This document shows positions 25,838 to 38,222 of a DNA stretch of 64,000 bases, one piece after another. The notes under the pieces were generated by a model. It did not search any database and was not told the origin of the DNA. It saw nothing but the letters and a program-made list of their open reading frames with translations. The DNA comes from Prorocentrum cordatum. Lineage: Eukaryota. Every line of letters starts with the position of its first letter. The first letter of the stretch is position 1. A program made the translations under genes and the position numbers. The DNA lies in assembly GCA_963575745.1 (NCBI GenBank), contig CAUYUJ010000114.1, forward strand, positions 744,001 through 808,000. The letters run 5' to 3'.

Positions 25838-26165
25838 GCATGTCGCTGGATGTCGCTGGATGTCGCTGGATGTCGCTGGATGTCGCTCGCTCCGTGTCTG
25901 CGTGTGTCTCTGGATGCCGCTGGATGTCGCTGGATGTCGCTGTTTGTGTCTGTGGGTGTCGCTGGATGTCGCTGGATGTCGCTGGATGTCGCTGGATGTC
26001 GCTGGATGTCGCTCGATGTCGCTCGATGTCGCTGTTTGTGTCGCTGGATGTCGCTGGATGTCGCTGGATGTCGCTGGATGTCGCTGGATGTCGCTGGATG
26101 TCGCTGGATGTCGCTAGATGTCGCTGGATGTCGCTCGACGTCGCTCGATGTCGCTCGATGTCGCT
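25838..26165. repeat. 10-bp tandem repeat (tgtcgctgga)n
   Basis: Direct reading. Confidence 0.95.
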
Positions 26166-26167
26166 GC

Positions 26168-27370
26168 TCGGCCCCGCCAAAATTGAGACATGTCTCAGCT
26201 TCGGGCCCGCAAAACTGAGACATGTCTTCGTTTCGGGCCCCCGAAACTGAGACATGTCTCAGTTTCGGGCCCGCAAAACTGAGACACCTGGCCCGAAACT
26301 GAGACATGTCTCAGTTTGCGGGCCCGAAACTGAGACATGTCTCAGTTTGCGGGCCCGAAACTGAGACATGTCTCAGTTTCGGTGGCCCGAAACTGAGACA
26401 TGTCTCAGTTTTGCGGGCCCGAAACTGAGACATGTCTCAGTTTTGCGGGCCCGAAACTGAGGCATGTTTCAGTTTTGCGGGCCCGAAACTAAGACGCGGG
26501 CCCGAAACTGAGACATGTCTCAGTTTTGCGGGCCCGAAACTGAGACATGTTTCAGTTTTGCGGGCCCGAAGCTGAGACATGTCTCAGTTTTGCGGGCCCG
26601 AAACTGAGACATGTCTCAGCTTCGCGGGCCCGAAACGAAGACATGTCTCAGTTTTGCTGGCCCGAAACTGAGAAATGTTTCAGTTTTGCGCGCCCGAAAC
26701 TGAGACGTGTCTCAGTTTCGCGGGCCCGAAACCGAGGCATGTCCCAGCGTTGCGGGCCCGAACTCAGGCATGTCTTAGTTTCGGGCCCGCGAAACTGAGA
26801 CATGTCTTGTTCGGGGCCACAGAACTGAGACATGTCTCAGTTTTCCGCGCCCGAAGCAAACATGTCTCAGTTTTGTTTGACCGAAACTAAACTATGTCTC
26901 AGTTTCGCGGGCCCGAAACTGAAGACATGTCTTAGTTTTGCGGGCCCGAAGCTAAGACACGTCTTAGCCTCGGACCCGCAAAACTGAGACATGTCTTAGC
27001 CATCGGACCCGCACAACAGAGACGCGCATTAGTTCTCGGCCCGCAAAACTGAGACATGTCTGAGTTTCGGGCCCGCAAAACTGAGACATGTCTGAATGCC
27101 CGGCCCGCCACACTGAGACATGTCCTAGGTCTCGGGCCCGCAAAACCGAGACATCCCTTAGCTCATGTCCCGAGAAACTAAGACATGCTTTTGTTCTCGG
27201 CGCAAAACTGAAACAAGTTTGAGTTATCGGCCCGAAACCTGAGACATGCCTATAGCTCTCGGCCCGACAATTGATCTATGCCTTAGCCATCGGCCAGAGG
27301 AACTAAAGGTTGGTTGTCTTGATTATCGGACCAGGAAGAACTAAGTCGTGTTCGAGTTTTCGGTCCGACA
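26168..27370. repeat. ~32-bp array of paired palindromes (aaactgagacatgtctcagttt + cgggcccg)
   Basis: Roughly 35 units, degrading towards the right end. Confidence 0.93.
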
Positions 27371-27949
27371 ACTCAGGCACGCCCGCTCCGCCTCTTCAGT
27401 GTTGCACGAGAAAATGCAGTACCATTCAACGCAACACGATACAGTGCAATACGCTGCGATACAATACAAAACAATGTAATTCATTACCATACAATGCATA
27501 GCGAAAGTAAAAGTAGTAGGGATGGGGAACGCTTTCTAAGTACTGAAGGAGCGGAGCTCCACCCAATTTCCTCGGACCACAAGACCCCAAGATGCCCTTA
27601 CGGCCCCAGAATGGCCCTCAGGCCCTAAGGCGCCTCAATGTGCCCTGGATGCGCCAAGACGCCTAAGGCCCCAAATATGCACCTAAGGCCCCAAGACGGC
27701 CCTAAGGCCCCAAGAGCGCCAGGCGCACAAACAACCAACACCTGGCCGTGCTACGCGAAGCGTAGGTCTAGTTGAAGCCCCCTCCAGGGCACTGGGACAT
27801 CAGCTATTCCTGGGCGACAGAGCCTTTCCCTGACCAGGAACATCAGATCCTGGCCAGGACCCCCCTTCGTCCAACCGTGGCGGCGAAGGCTCAGGGAGGT
27901 CGGCGGTGCGGTGCCTCGGGCCACAATGTCCCACAATGTCCTGAAGGCC

Positions 27950-30100
27950 CCAAGGTGCCCCATCAGGCTCGCAAGGACCCTACCCTCTTGGCCCTCTTGG
28001 GCTTGCTTGGTCCCCACTCTTGGGACCCTCATGGGCCCTGGTCGGACCCTGTTGCACCCCCCCCTAGGGCGTTCTAAGGGCCCTCCTGGGCCATCTTGGA
28101 CCCTCCTGGGCCAGCTTGGGACCCTCCTGGGCCCTCTGGGTCCTTTGCTCGGGTCGGCGGAGGGGGCGGAAACCCTGCGTTTTGTTCCGTCTGCCAGGTT
28201 GGCGGGTTGGGCGAAGCCTTGGATCTCCAGCACGGTCAATTGGCAGCGAAATGCTAGCGCCACAGCAAAGCGCATTGATAGCTGGAGGCGGCGGCACGGA
28301 ACACTTCAGTTCCCAGACAGTGTACGTACATGTGTATGCGAATGCATCTGTATACGCATGCGCGCACAACGCAACGCAACTCCAAGCATGTGTATGTGCG
28401 TGCGTATGTATATGTATCGCGCGTGCCCAAATATGCCCCGAGACGCCCCAAGACACGCCCCATAATGCCCTGAAGGCCCCAAGATGCCCCTCAGGCCTGC
28501 AAGGATCCTACCCTCTTGGCCCTCTTGTGCTTGCTTGCCACCCCTCTTTGGACCCTCCTGGGCCCTGTTCGGACCCTGGTGGGCCCCCTAGGGCGTTCTA
28601 GGTGCTCTCCTGGCATCTTGGACACCACTGGGCCATCTTGGGACCATCCTGGGCGCTATGGGTCCGTTGCTCGGGTCGGCGGAGGGGGCGGAAGCCCTGC
28701 GTGTTTTTCCGTCTTCCAGGTCGGCGGGTTGGGCGAAGCCCTGGATCTCCAGCCCAGCCAATTGGCAGCGAAATGCTAGCGCCACAGCAAAGTACCCTTA
28801 TAGCTGGGGGGGGGGGCGGCACGGAACACTTCAGTTCCCAGAAAGGGTATGTACATGTGTATGCGTGTGCATTCGCATATGTAAAGCAACCCAAGTTATG
28901 TGCATGATCCTAGGACTCCGCACGACATGCCCCAACATGCCCCTACGGCCCCAAGGTGCCCCTAAGGCCCCAAGGCAGCCAGAAGGCCACGCGGGCCCAG
29001 GTGCCCTTTAGGCCCCAACACAGCCCTAAGGACCCCAGGTGCCCCTAAGGCCCCAACGCAGCCCTAAGACACCAGAAGGCCCCAATGCACCCCTTAAGGC
29101 CCCAACGCAGCCCAGGCCCCAAGACACCCAAGGCCACAAGATGCACCTAAGGCCCCAAGATGCCCAACTAATCGAAAGGCCCCAAGACCACCCAAGAGAC
29201 CCAATCCACCGAAGGAGCCAAAGGCAGACCCAAGAAAGGCGCAACGGGATCTATAGCGAACGGGAGGTTAGGACGGGCAGTCACGACCCTCCCCTCCCCC
29301 CCAGCAACTAAAAACCTGGAGGGGAGGGGCGGTCGTGACCTTCGCCCCCGCCCGTGGGAGCCCCCATTCGCCCGCGAACAGGGGGTTGGGGCGGGCAGTC
29401 ACGACCCCCGCACCCCCCCAGCACTTGGTGCTGAAGGGGAGGGGGTTCGTGACCTTCGCCCCCGCCCGTGGGAGCCCCTGTTCGCGGATCCCAGGCGGTG
29501 AGGCGGAAGCCAGGGGGCTAAGTCTCCAACGATGTGTGAATGTGTGTGTACCCCAAGTCCTTGATCACTTCAACTCTCTTAAATGTGACATTGAATGTGA
29601 GTGTGGGCATGCGCCCTGGGCATCGTTTCTGGATGGCCTCAACCCCCTGGCCAGTTCAACTTCCTTGGCATCGTTTCTGGATGACATCAACTCCACGATC
29701 AGTTCAAGTCCCTGGGCAACGTTCCTGGATGATCCCACCCCCCTGATCAGTTCAATTCCGTGGGCATCGTTTCTGGATGACCTCAGCCACCTGAGTAATT
29801 CAAATATTCGGGCATCGTTTCTGGATGGCATCAACTCCCTGATCTGTTCAACTCCGTGGGGATCGTTTCTGGATGACCTCAACCAGCTGATCAGGTTCAA
29901 CTCCCTGGGCATCGTTTCTGGGCGGCATTGGCTCCCTGATCAGTTCAACTCCCTGGGCATCGTTTCTGGATGACCTCAGCGCACTGATCAGTTCAACTCT
30001 CTGTGCATCGTGTTTGCTAGCGCCATGGCAAAGCGAACTGTTAGTGGCACAAACAGCACAGAGTGCACGAAATGAAACCACCTGCTGATGACACTCGCAA
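27950..30100 (+). repeat. ~2.1-kb segmental duplication, copy 1 (includes a 48-bp tandem repeat at 29615-30010)
   Basis: Near-identical to 31255-33410 at an offset of about 3300. Confidence 0.93.
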
Positions 30101-31254
30101 CCTAGATGAACTCTCCATCCCAATATTAAGTGTATATCCATATGGTTGAATAATATCCATCCCAATGTCCACTGTACAATGATCATTGTCCCTCTGTAGA
30201 TGTTAACCAAGCAAATCAACGCCAGTCTGTATTGTCACGACTGTCTGTCTTCCAGCTGTCGCTCTCCCAGCTTGATTGGCCCCAGTTTTCGTCACCGCGC
30301 CAATATTGTTTGTCACAGATGCAATCTGATTTGCTCCAGCTTCGATCACTACGATCCGCACGCCAATAGGTTTCCCAGTTGCGAACTGACTTGCCCTAGC
30401 TCTGACGATCATCACGCGTACTCGTGTTCATGTTCACACAGCCCATGATGCAGCCCTATGGAAACACGAAGTCGTAATCCATATTGTGTGATACAAGAAA
30501 CCGTAAGCAATAGTATGGATACAAGTACGCAAAATTAGGGATCGTGCTCGGAAGTGAACAAATTCACAATATCGTGAGTACAAGAGGTGGACTCTCGACA
30601 GTCACCCAAGACGGCGATGTACACCGCCAAGGATGTGTATGTGCATGCGTATGTAATTTCGTATGTGTATGTGTACGTACCCCAAGACCCCTAACGCCCA
30701 AAGACACGCCCCAAGATTCCCGCAAGGCCCCAAGATGCCTACGGCCACATGGGCCAATGCAGGCCCCATGTGCCCTGTTGGGGGGGGGGGATGGGGAGGG
30801 GGTGAGAGGCTCCGAACCCCATGGGCCTATGTCTTCACATGTCGATGTACGTCTGCCGTTGTCTTCGTAAGTCGTTGCGAGCCTGCCGAAGCCGTCGAGC
30901 GTCTCCCTGGGTCGTCATATGTAGTCCTTTGTCTGTGTGTGTCTTCATATGTCTTCATACGTCGTTGCTTGTCTGTGGATGTCTTCGTATGTCTTCGCGT
31001 GTCTGCCGATGTCTTTGCATGTCGGTGGATGTCTGTGGATGTCTTAGTATGTCTTCGCGTGTCTGCCGATGTCTTTGCATGTCGGTGGATGTCTGTGGAT
31101 GTCTGCGTATGTCTTCGCGTGTCTGCCGATGTCTTCGTATGTCTTTGCACGTCTGTCGATGTCGGTGTATGTCTTCGCGTGGCTGTCGGTGTCTTCGTAT
31201 GTCTTTGCATGTCGGCCGATGCCTTTGTATGTCTTTGCGTGTTTGTCGAAGGGT

Positions 31255-33410
31255 ATGCCCCAAGGGCTCATTCTACCTTCTTGGCCCCACTGAGCTTGCT
31301 TGCCCCCCCCCCCTCTTGGGACCCTCATGGGCCCTGGTCGGACCCTGTTGCACCCCCCCCCCCCCTAGGGCGTTCTAGGGGCCCTCCTGGGCCATCTTGG
31401 ACCCTCCTGGGCCAGCTTGGGACCCTCCTGGGCCCTCTGGGTCCTTTGCTCGGGTCGGCGGAGGGGGCGGAAGCCCTGCGTTTTGTTCCGTCTGCCAGGT
31501 TGGCGGGTTGGGCGAAGCCTTGGATCTCCAGCACGGTCAATTGGCAGCGAAATGCTAGCGCCACAGCAAAGCGCATTGATAGCTGGAGGCGGCGGCACGG
31601 AACACTTCAGTACCCAGACAGTGTACGTACATGTGTATGCGAATGTATTTGTATACGTGTACGCGCACAACGTAACGCAACTCCAAGCATGTGTATGTGC
31701 GTGCGTATGTATATGTATCGCGCGTGCCCAAATATGCCCCGAGACGCCCCAAGACACGCCCCATAATGCCCTGAAGGCCCCACGATGCCCCTCAGGCCTG
31801 CAAGGATCCTACCCTCTTGGCCCTCTTGTGCTTGCTTGCCACCCCTCTTTGGACCCTCCTGGGCCCTGTTCGGACCCTGGTGGGCCCCCTAGGGCGTTCT
31901 AGGTGCTCTCCTGGCATCTTGGGCACCACTGGGCCATCTTGGGACCATCCTGGGCGCTATGGGTCCTTTGCTCGGGTCGGCGGAGGGGGCGGAAGCCCTG
32001 CGTGTTTTTCCGTCTTCCAGGTCGGCGGGTTGGGCGAAGCCTTGGATCTCCAGCCCAGCCAATTGGCAGCGAAATGCTAGCGCCACAGCAAAGCGCATTG
32101 ATAGCTGGAGGCGGCGGCACGGAACACTTCAGTTCCCAGAAAGTGTATGTACATGTGTATGCGTGTGCATTTGCATATGTAAAGCAACTCAAATTATGCG
32201 TATGATCCTAAGACGCCCAACGGCATGCCCCAGCATGCCCCTACGGCCCCAAGGTGTCCCTAAGGCCCCAACGCAGCCAGAAGGCCACACGGGCCCAGGT
32301 ATCCCTTAGGCCCCAACACCGCCCTAAGGACCCCAGGTACCCCTAAGGCCCCAACGCAGCCCTGAGGCCCCAGATGGCCCCAATGTAAACCCTTAAGGTT
32401 CCCTCGCAGCCCAGGCACCAAGACACCCAAGGCCACAAGATGCACCTAAGGCCCCAAGATGCCCAACTAATCGAAAGGCCCCAAGACCACCCAAGAGACC
32501 CAATCCACTCAAGGAGCCAAAGGCAGACCCAAGAAATGCGCAACGGGATCTATAGCGAACGGGAGGTTAGGACGGGCAGTCACGGCCCTCCCCTCCCCCC
32601 CAGCAACTAAAAAATTGGAGGGGAGGGGCGGTCGTGACCTTCGCCCCCGCCCGTGGGAGCCCCCATTCGCCCGCGAACAGGGGGTTGGGGCGGGCAGTCA
32701 CGACCCCCGCACCCCCCCAGCACTTGGTGCTGAAGGGGAGGGGGGTCGTGACCTTCGCCCCCGCCCGTGGGAGCCCCTGTTCGCGGATCCCAGGCGGTGA
32801 GGCGGAAGCCAGGGGGCTAAGTCTCCAACGATGTGTGATTGTGTGTGTACCTCGAGTCCTTGATCATTTCAACTCTCGTTCAACTCTCTTGACTGTGACA
32901 TTGAATGTGAGTGTGGGCATGCGCCCTGGGCATCGTTTCTGGATGGCCTCAACCCCCTGGCCAGTTCAACTTCCTGGGCGTCGTTTCTGGATGGCATCAA
33001 CTCCCTGATCAGTTCAACTCCCTGGGCAACGTTCCTGGACGACCTCACCCCCCTGATCAGTTCAACTCCGTGGACATCGTTTCTGGATGACCTCAGCCAC
33101 CTGAGCAACTCAAATATTCTGGCATCGTTTCTGGCTGGCGTCAACTCCCTGATCTGTTCAACTCCGTGGGCATCGTTTCTGGATGACCTCGACCAGCTGA
33201 TCAGGTTCAACTCCCTGGGCATCGTTTCTGGATGGCATTGGCTCCCTGATCAGTTCAACTCCCTGGGCATCGTTTCTGGATGACCTCAGCGCACTGATCA
33301 GTTCAACTCTCTGTGCATCGTGTTTGCTAGCGCCATGGCAAAGCGAACTGTTAGTGACACAAACAGCACAGAGTGCACGACATGAAACCACCTGCTGATG
33401 ATACTCGCAA
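31255..33410 (+). repeat. ~2.1-kb segmental duplication, copy 2
   Basis: See copy 1. Confidence 0.93.
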
Positions 33411-33467
33411 CTTTGATGGGTGAACTATTCAAATGAACATTGCCCATCCCAATCTTAGATGTATTTC

Positions 33468-33760
33468 TAGCAACTGAGCAGCTTAGCAACTGAGCAGCTT
33501 AGCAACTGAGCAGCTTAGCAACTGAGCATCTTAGCAACTCGGACCAAATTGACCTCATCAACTTAGCAACTCAGCTCCAAGCTCCAACTTAGCAGCTCGG
33601 CAACTCGACAACTCGGTAACTCTGCAACTCGGCCAACTAGCTCCAGCCTTGCAACCTAGCAACTTGGCAACTCGGACCTCTCGCACTTAGCAACTGAGCA
33701 ACTCGGACCAACTTGAACTTAGCAACTTAGCAACTCGGCTCCAAGCTCCAACATAGCAAC
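33468..33760. repeat. 16-bp tandem repeat (tagcaactgagcagct) decaying rightwards
   Basis: Direct reading. Confidence 0.9.
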
Positions 33761-33980
33761 GTATCACAATCGCACAGATTTAGCACAGGAGAAGGAGGAG
33801 GAGGAAATGAAGCTCGTGGCGGGAGGAAGGCGTCATTCTTGGCATCAGCCAGGCTCTCGCTCAAAAGGAGCGTCGTCGCGCATACAACTGCACCCCCTGT
33901 ATCACGCTGCAGCTCAGGAGCCACCTCCAGGCCGCTGAAACCGCGAAGCCGATGCCGAAGAACGTGAGCAGGCCCAGCGA

Positions 33981-36900
33981 CTAGTGGATCTCGACCGCCT
34001 CGCCCTCAGGCGTCTTGTCTGTCAAGCGGCGCCGCTTCTCCGAAGGCCCACTCTCGCCATCGAAAAGATCGTCGGCATCGTTCCAGGCGCCAGGCTCGTA
34101 CTGCTGGGTGCCGTCGGGGGCCTCCACCAGGGTGCTGGGCAGCTGAGCGTCGACGGCCATGGTGTCGGGCATCGCGGCGTTGGGCGACTGCGTGTCGCCG
34201 CCTGCCTCGCGGCCGCCGCGCTCGCCATCCTCAGCAATGTCACCGCCAGGGATCACCGCGGCAAGCTCGGCGCCCTCGATCACCACTGCAGGCTCGGCTT
34301 CCTGATCCTGGTCGTTCATCCCGCGCTCGCTGTCGGACTGGTGCACGGACTGGGCATCGTCCTTCTTCTCCTCCTCCTCCTCCTCCTCCTGCGGTGCCTT
34401 ATCAGCAGCACCCATCGCTGCGCGGGCGGCACTGCGGGCCTCGTACATCTTCTTCATCTCCGCGTTCGCGACGGCGACGGTCCCGCCGAGCGTGGAGGCC
34501 ACCTTGACCCGCGCGTTGCTTGTCTTGGTCCACTTCTGGCCTTCTTCGTTCTTGACCCAGACCTCCCAGCCGTTGATCTTGGGGCGCGGCGAGATCCCAA
34601 CCCTGAACGAGCCCTTCTGCTCGCACAAGGACCGAGCCTCCTGGATGATCTTGAGCGTCTCCTTCCACTCGTCGTCGACCGCCGCCGCGGTCGCCTCGGC
34701 CGCCTCGGGCTCCGCCACGGCCTCGCTGTCCTTGCCCTTGCCCTTGCCCTTGCCCTTGGCCCTGCCCCTGCCCCTGCCCCTGCCCTTGCCTCTGCCCTTG
34801 CCCGCAGTTTCCACGCCGTCCTTGGCGTCCTGCTCGGTCTGCGAGGCGTTCTGCTCGGCGCCAGCGCTCTCCTTCGGCGAGGCGTCCTGCTTGTGGCCAG
34901 CGCTCTCCTTCGGCGAGGCGTCCTGCTTGTGGCCAGCGCTCTCCTTCAGCGAGGCGTCCTGCTTCTTGCCAGCGCTCCCAGTCGGCAAGGCGTTCTGCTT
35001 CTTGCCAGCGCTCCCAGTCGGCGAGGCGTCCTGCTTCTTGCCAGCGCTCTCCTTCGGCGAGGCGTTCTGCTTTTGGCCAGCGCTCTCCTTCGGCGAGGCG
35101 TCCTGCTTCTTGCCGGCGCTCTCCTTCGGCGAGGCGTCCTGCGTCGTCGCGGCCTTCGGGTCGACGACGTCGCTGTGGAGCAGGCTGCTCAGCCACCTGT
35201 CGCCGTCCTCCCACACGAAGACCGTGTGCCCGCTCTTGCTGGCGAACGAGGTGGCCGCACGAATGCCATCGTCCAGCCTGATGGCCCAGCCGCCCTCGTC
35301 GCGGTAGTTGACGTCGTCGCTCTCGCTCTCCGTGGCCGCGCCCGCGATCGGCTGTGGCACTATTTGGCTTGCGGCCGCAGCACCAGCACCAGGCGCACCT
35401 GGGAGAGCAGGAGGATGAAGGAACACGTGTTCCTTCATCTTCCTGCCCAGGAGGGATGATGATGATGATGAGGAGGAGGAGGAAGTGGAGGAGGTGGAGG
35501 AGGAGGAGAGGAGGAGGAGGAGGGGAGGAGGAGGAGGAGGAGAGGGAGGAGGATGATGAGGAGGATGCGGAAGGCGGGAACGAGAGGAGAGGAGGATGAG
35601 GAGGAGGATGAGGAAGCGGATGTGAGGAGGAGGATGAGGAAGGAGAGGAGGAGGAGGAGGAGGAGGAGGAGGAGGAGGAGGAGGAGGGAGGTGGCGGAGG
35701 AGGAGGAAGAGGATGAGGAGGAGGAGGACGAGGAACGAGGAGGACGATGAGGAGGATGCGCAATGAGGAGGAGGAGGAGGAGGAGGAGGAGGAGGAGGAG
35801 GAGGAGGAGGAGAGTCGGACCTGCGTCGGAGCTCTCCTCGTCCTGCAGGAAGCTGTCCTCCGCGTCGGAGGCGCTCCACACGCGGCGCAGGGCGTCGTCG
35901 AGCCTGGCCTTGGCCTTGCGCTTGACGCGCTTCGCCTTGGCTTTCGGCATGGCCTTCACGACATCGAAGCTGCCAGGCTCGACGCGGCTCATCTTCTTCT
36001 TCAGCTCCTTCGGGACGGCGTACTCGTGCCTGGACAGATGGCTCCGCGCCACCAGGCGATCGGCCGAGGAAATAGACGCTGGGGGCGGGTTCGGGATTGG
36101 GGGAGGGGATGGACGGGGCAACGATGAGGATGCGAAGGGAGACCAGTATTCCTCATCGTTGTCCTATCCATCTTCTCCCCGCATCCCTAGCCCGCCCCCA
36201 GCGCCGCTCTTCCAGGACGAGGGCCGATCGCCTGATGATGCGGCGCCATCCGCTCACCAGATTCAGAATCTTCTTGGCCTCCGCGCAGATGTGGACGCCG
36301 TCTTCGTTGGGCATCAACTGGGCGGGCATCGATCCCCCTCTTCCTCCAACCTCGCCCCGAGCCCTCTTCCTCCTCGTCTTCCTCCTCGTCACCCTCCTCC
36401 TCCTCCTCCTCGCATCTCCTCCTCATCCTCCTCCTCATCCTCTCCTCCGCCTCCTCCTGCTTCTCCTCCTCCTCCTCCGCATCGGCCTCATCATTCTCCC
36501 CTTTTCTCCTCCTCCTCCTCCTCCTCCTCCTTCTCGCTCCTCCACCTCGCACATCCTCTTCTCCTCCTCCTCGATCCTCCTCCTGTTCACTCCTCATCCT
36601 CATCCTCCTCATCGTCATCATCATCACTCGCATCCTCCGCGTCCTCGTCCTCGTCATGATCCGTTCCTCCGTCTCCTCGTCCTCCTCCTCCTCCTCATCC
36701 TCCTCCTCCACGTACCCCCCCCCTACTTACGTACACGCCTCATCCTCCAGGGTTCCGAGGAGGAGGGAGGGGAAAAGAGGGGGGAAGAGGAGGAGGAGGA
36801 TGAGGATGAGGAGGAGGAGGAGGCGGAGGCGGAGGAGGAGGAGGAGGAGGAGGAGGAGGAGGAGGGGGATGAGGAACAGGAGGAGGAGGAGGAGGAGGAG

Positions 36901-37367
36901 GAGGAGGAGGAGTTGGAGGAGGAGAAGGAGGATGGGGAAGAACACGCGAGAAGCACCTTCTGCACGGCGCGCTCGTACACGTCGATGCCGAAGAGCATGT
37001 CGCTCCTCACCCGACGCAGGGCCTTCACGGCCTTCCACCAGCCGCTCTGGAGCATGAACTCCGCCAAGCCCCCTTTGGAGGAGGAGGCGGAGGGAGTAGT
37101 AGGAGGAAGAGGAGGCGGATGGAGGAGGAGGGGGAAGCGGGTGGAGGGAGGATGAGGGGGGCGAGGAGGAGAAGAGAAGGATGAGGTGGAGGAGGAGGAG
37201 AAGCAGGATGAGGAGGGGTAGAGGAGGAGGAGGAGGAGTAGGAGGATGATGCCTATCTTCCTGGACGTGCCAGGGTTCCATTCGCACATGATCTGGTCGC
37301 CGTCGCGCACCTTGGTCGGCGCGTGACGCAGCGCCTCCGCGACTGCGTCGACGACGGGCTCGGCCAT
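33981..37367 (-). CDS. Multi-exon hypothetical protein with eight 12-aa QDASPKESAGKK repeats and a KGRG tract; exons about 37367-37253, 37072-36957, 36340-36200 (uncertain), 36079-35821, 35398-33981
   Basis: GC3-rich coding blocks separated by (CCT)n tracts; phase-compatible junctions ATAG|GC...aAG|GG (37253/37072) and GCAG|GT...ccAG|GT (35821/35398); boundaries of the middle exon(s) unresolved. Confidence 0.6.
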
Positions 37368-37751
37368 CGCCGCGGGCATCGGGCGGTCGGTAACATAAGA
37401 GCAAAGCTAGGGAACCATTTGGGGCCCCCACGGGCCCATTAGGGGCCCTCACGGGCCCTTTAGGGGCCCCTCTTGGGTGCAACCACGGGCCCCTGTAGGG
37501 GCCATAGGGGTGTGCCGAAACGGGCGTGACGCCCACATTCGAACTGTGCAATTTCGGCCTTAGTAGGTGGAGCCCCCTATGGGCCCACGAAACGTTTGAG
37601 GGGTGTGCCGAAACGGGTGTTACGCCCACGTGTGAGGGGTGTGCCGAAACGGAGGCGACGCCCATATGCGAACGGCGCCGTGTGGCCTTCGGTGGAGCTC
37701 CTTGTGGGGCCACGAAACGTGTAAGAGGTGGTCAGAAACGGTGCGCCGAAG

Positions 37752-37797
37752 CTGATGAGGATGCTGGTGATGATGACGGCGATGCTGATGCTGATGC

Positions 37798-37847
<50 letters not shown>

Positions 37848-38026
37848 CTGATGATGATGATGATGATGCTGATGCTGATGGTGATGATGGTGATGACGTT
37901 GATGAGGCTGATGATGATGATGATGGTGATGAGGATGCTGCTGATGATGATACTGATGACGATGATGATGACGATGATGATGATGCTGATGATGACGCTG
38001 ATGCTGATGCTGCTGACGATGCTGAC

Positions 38027-38057
<31 letters not shown>

Positions 38058-38133
38058 CTGACGATGCTGATGATGATGATGCTGCTGATGCTGATTATGA
38101 TGATGCTGCTGATGATGATGATGATGCTGCTGC

Positions 38134-38186
<53 letters not shown>

Positions 38187-38222
38187 CTGATGATGATGAT
38201 GATGATGCTGATGATGATGATG
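37752..38222. repeat. (GAT/GCT)n microsatellite; related tracts at 40790-40965, 41442-41630, 58460-58760; (GAC)n at 51290-51420
   Basis: Direct reading. Confidence 0.95.

Noticed and set aside
26168..27370. Palindromic repeats as a CRISPR array or p53-like sites
   Set aside because: Linkers are constant rather than unique spacers; the AGACATGTCT match is incidental.
33984..35459. 491-aa plus-strand ORF
   Set aside because: Antisense shadow of the GC3-rich minus-strand exon; similar shadows occur at 22736-23494 and 45864-46439.
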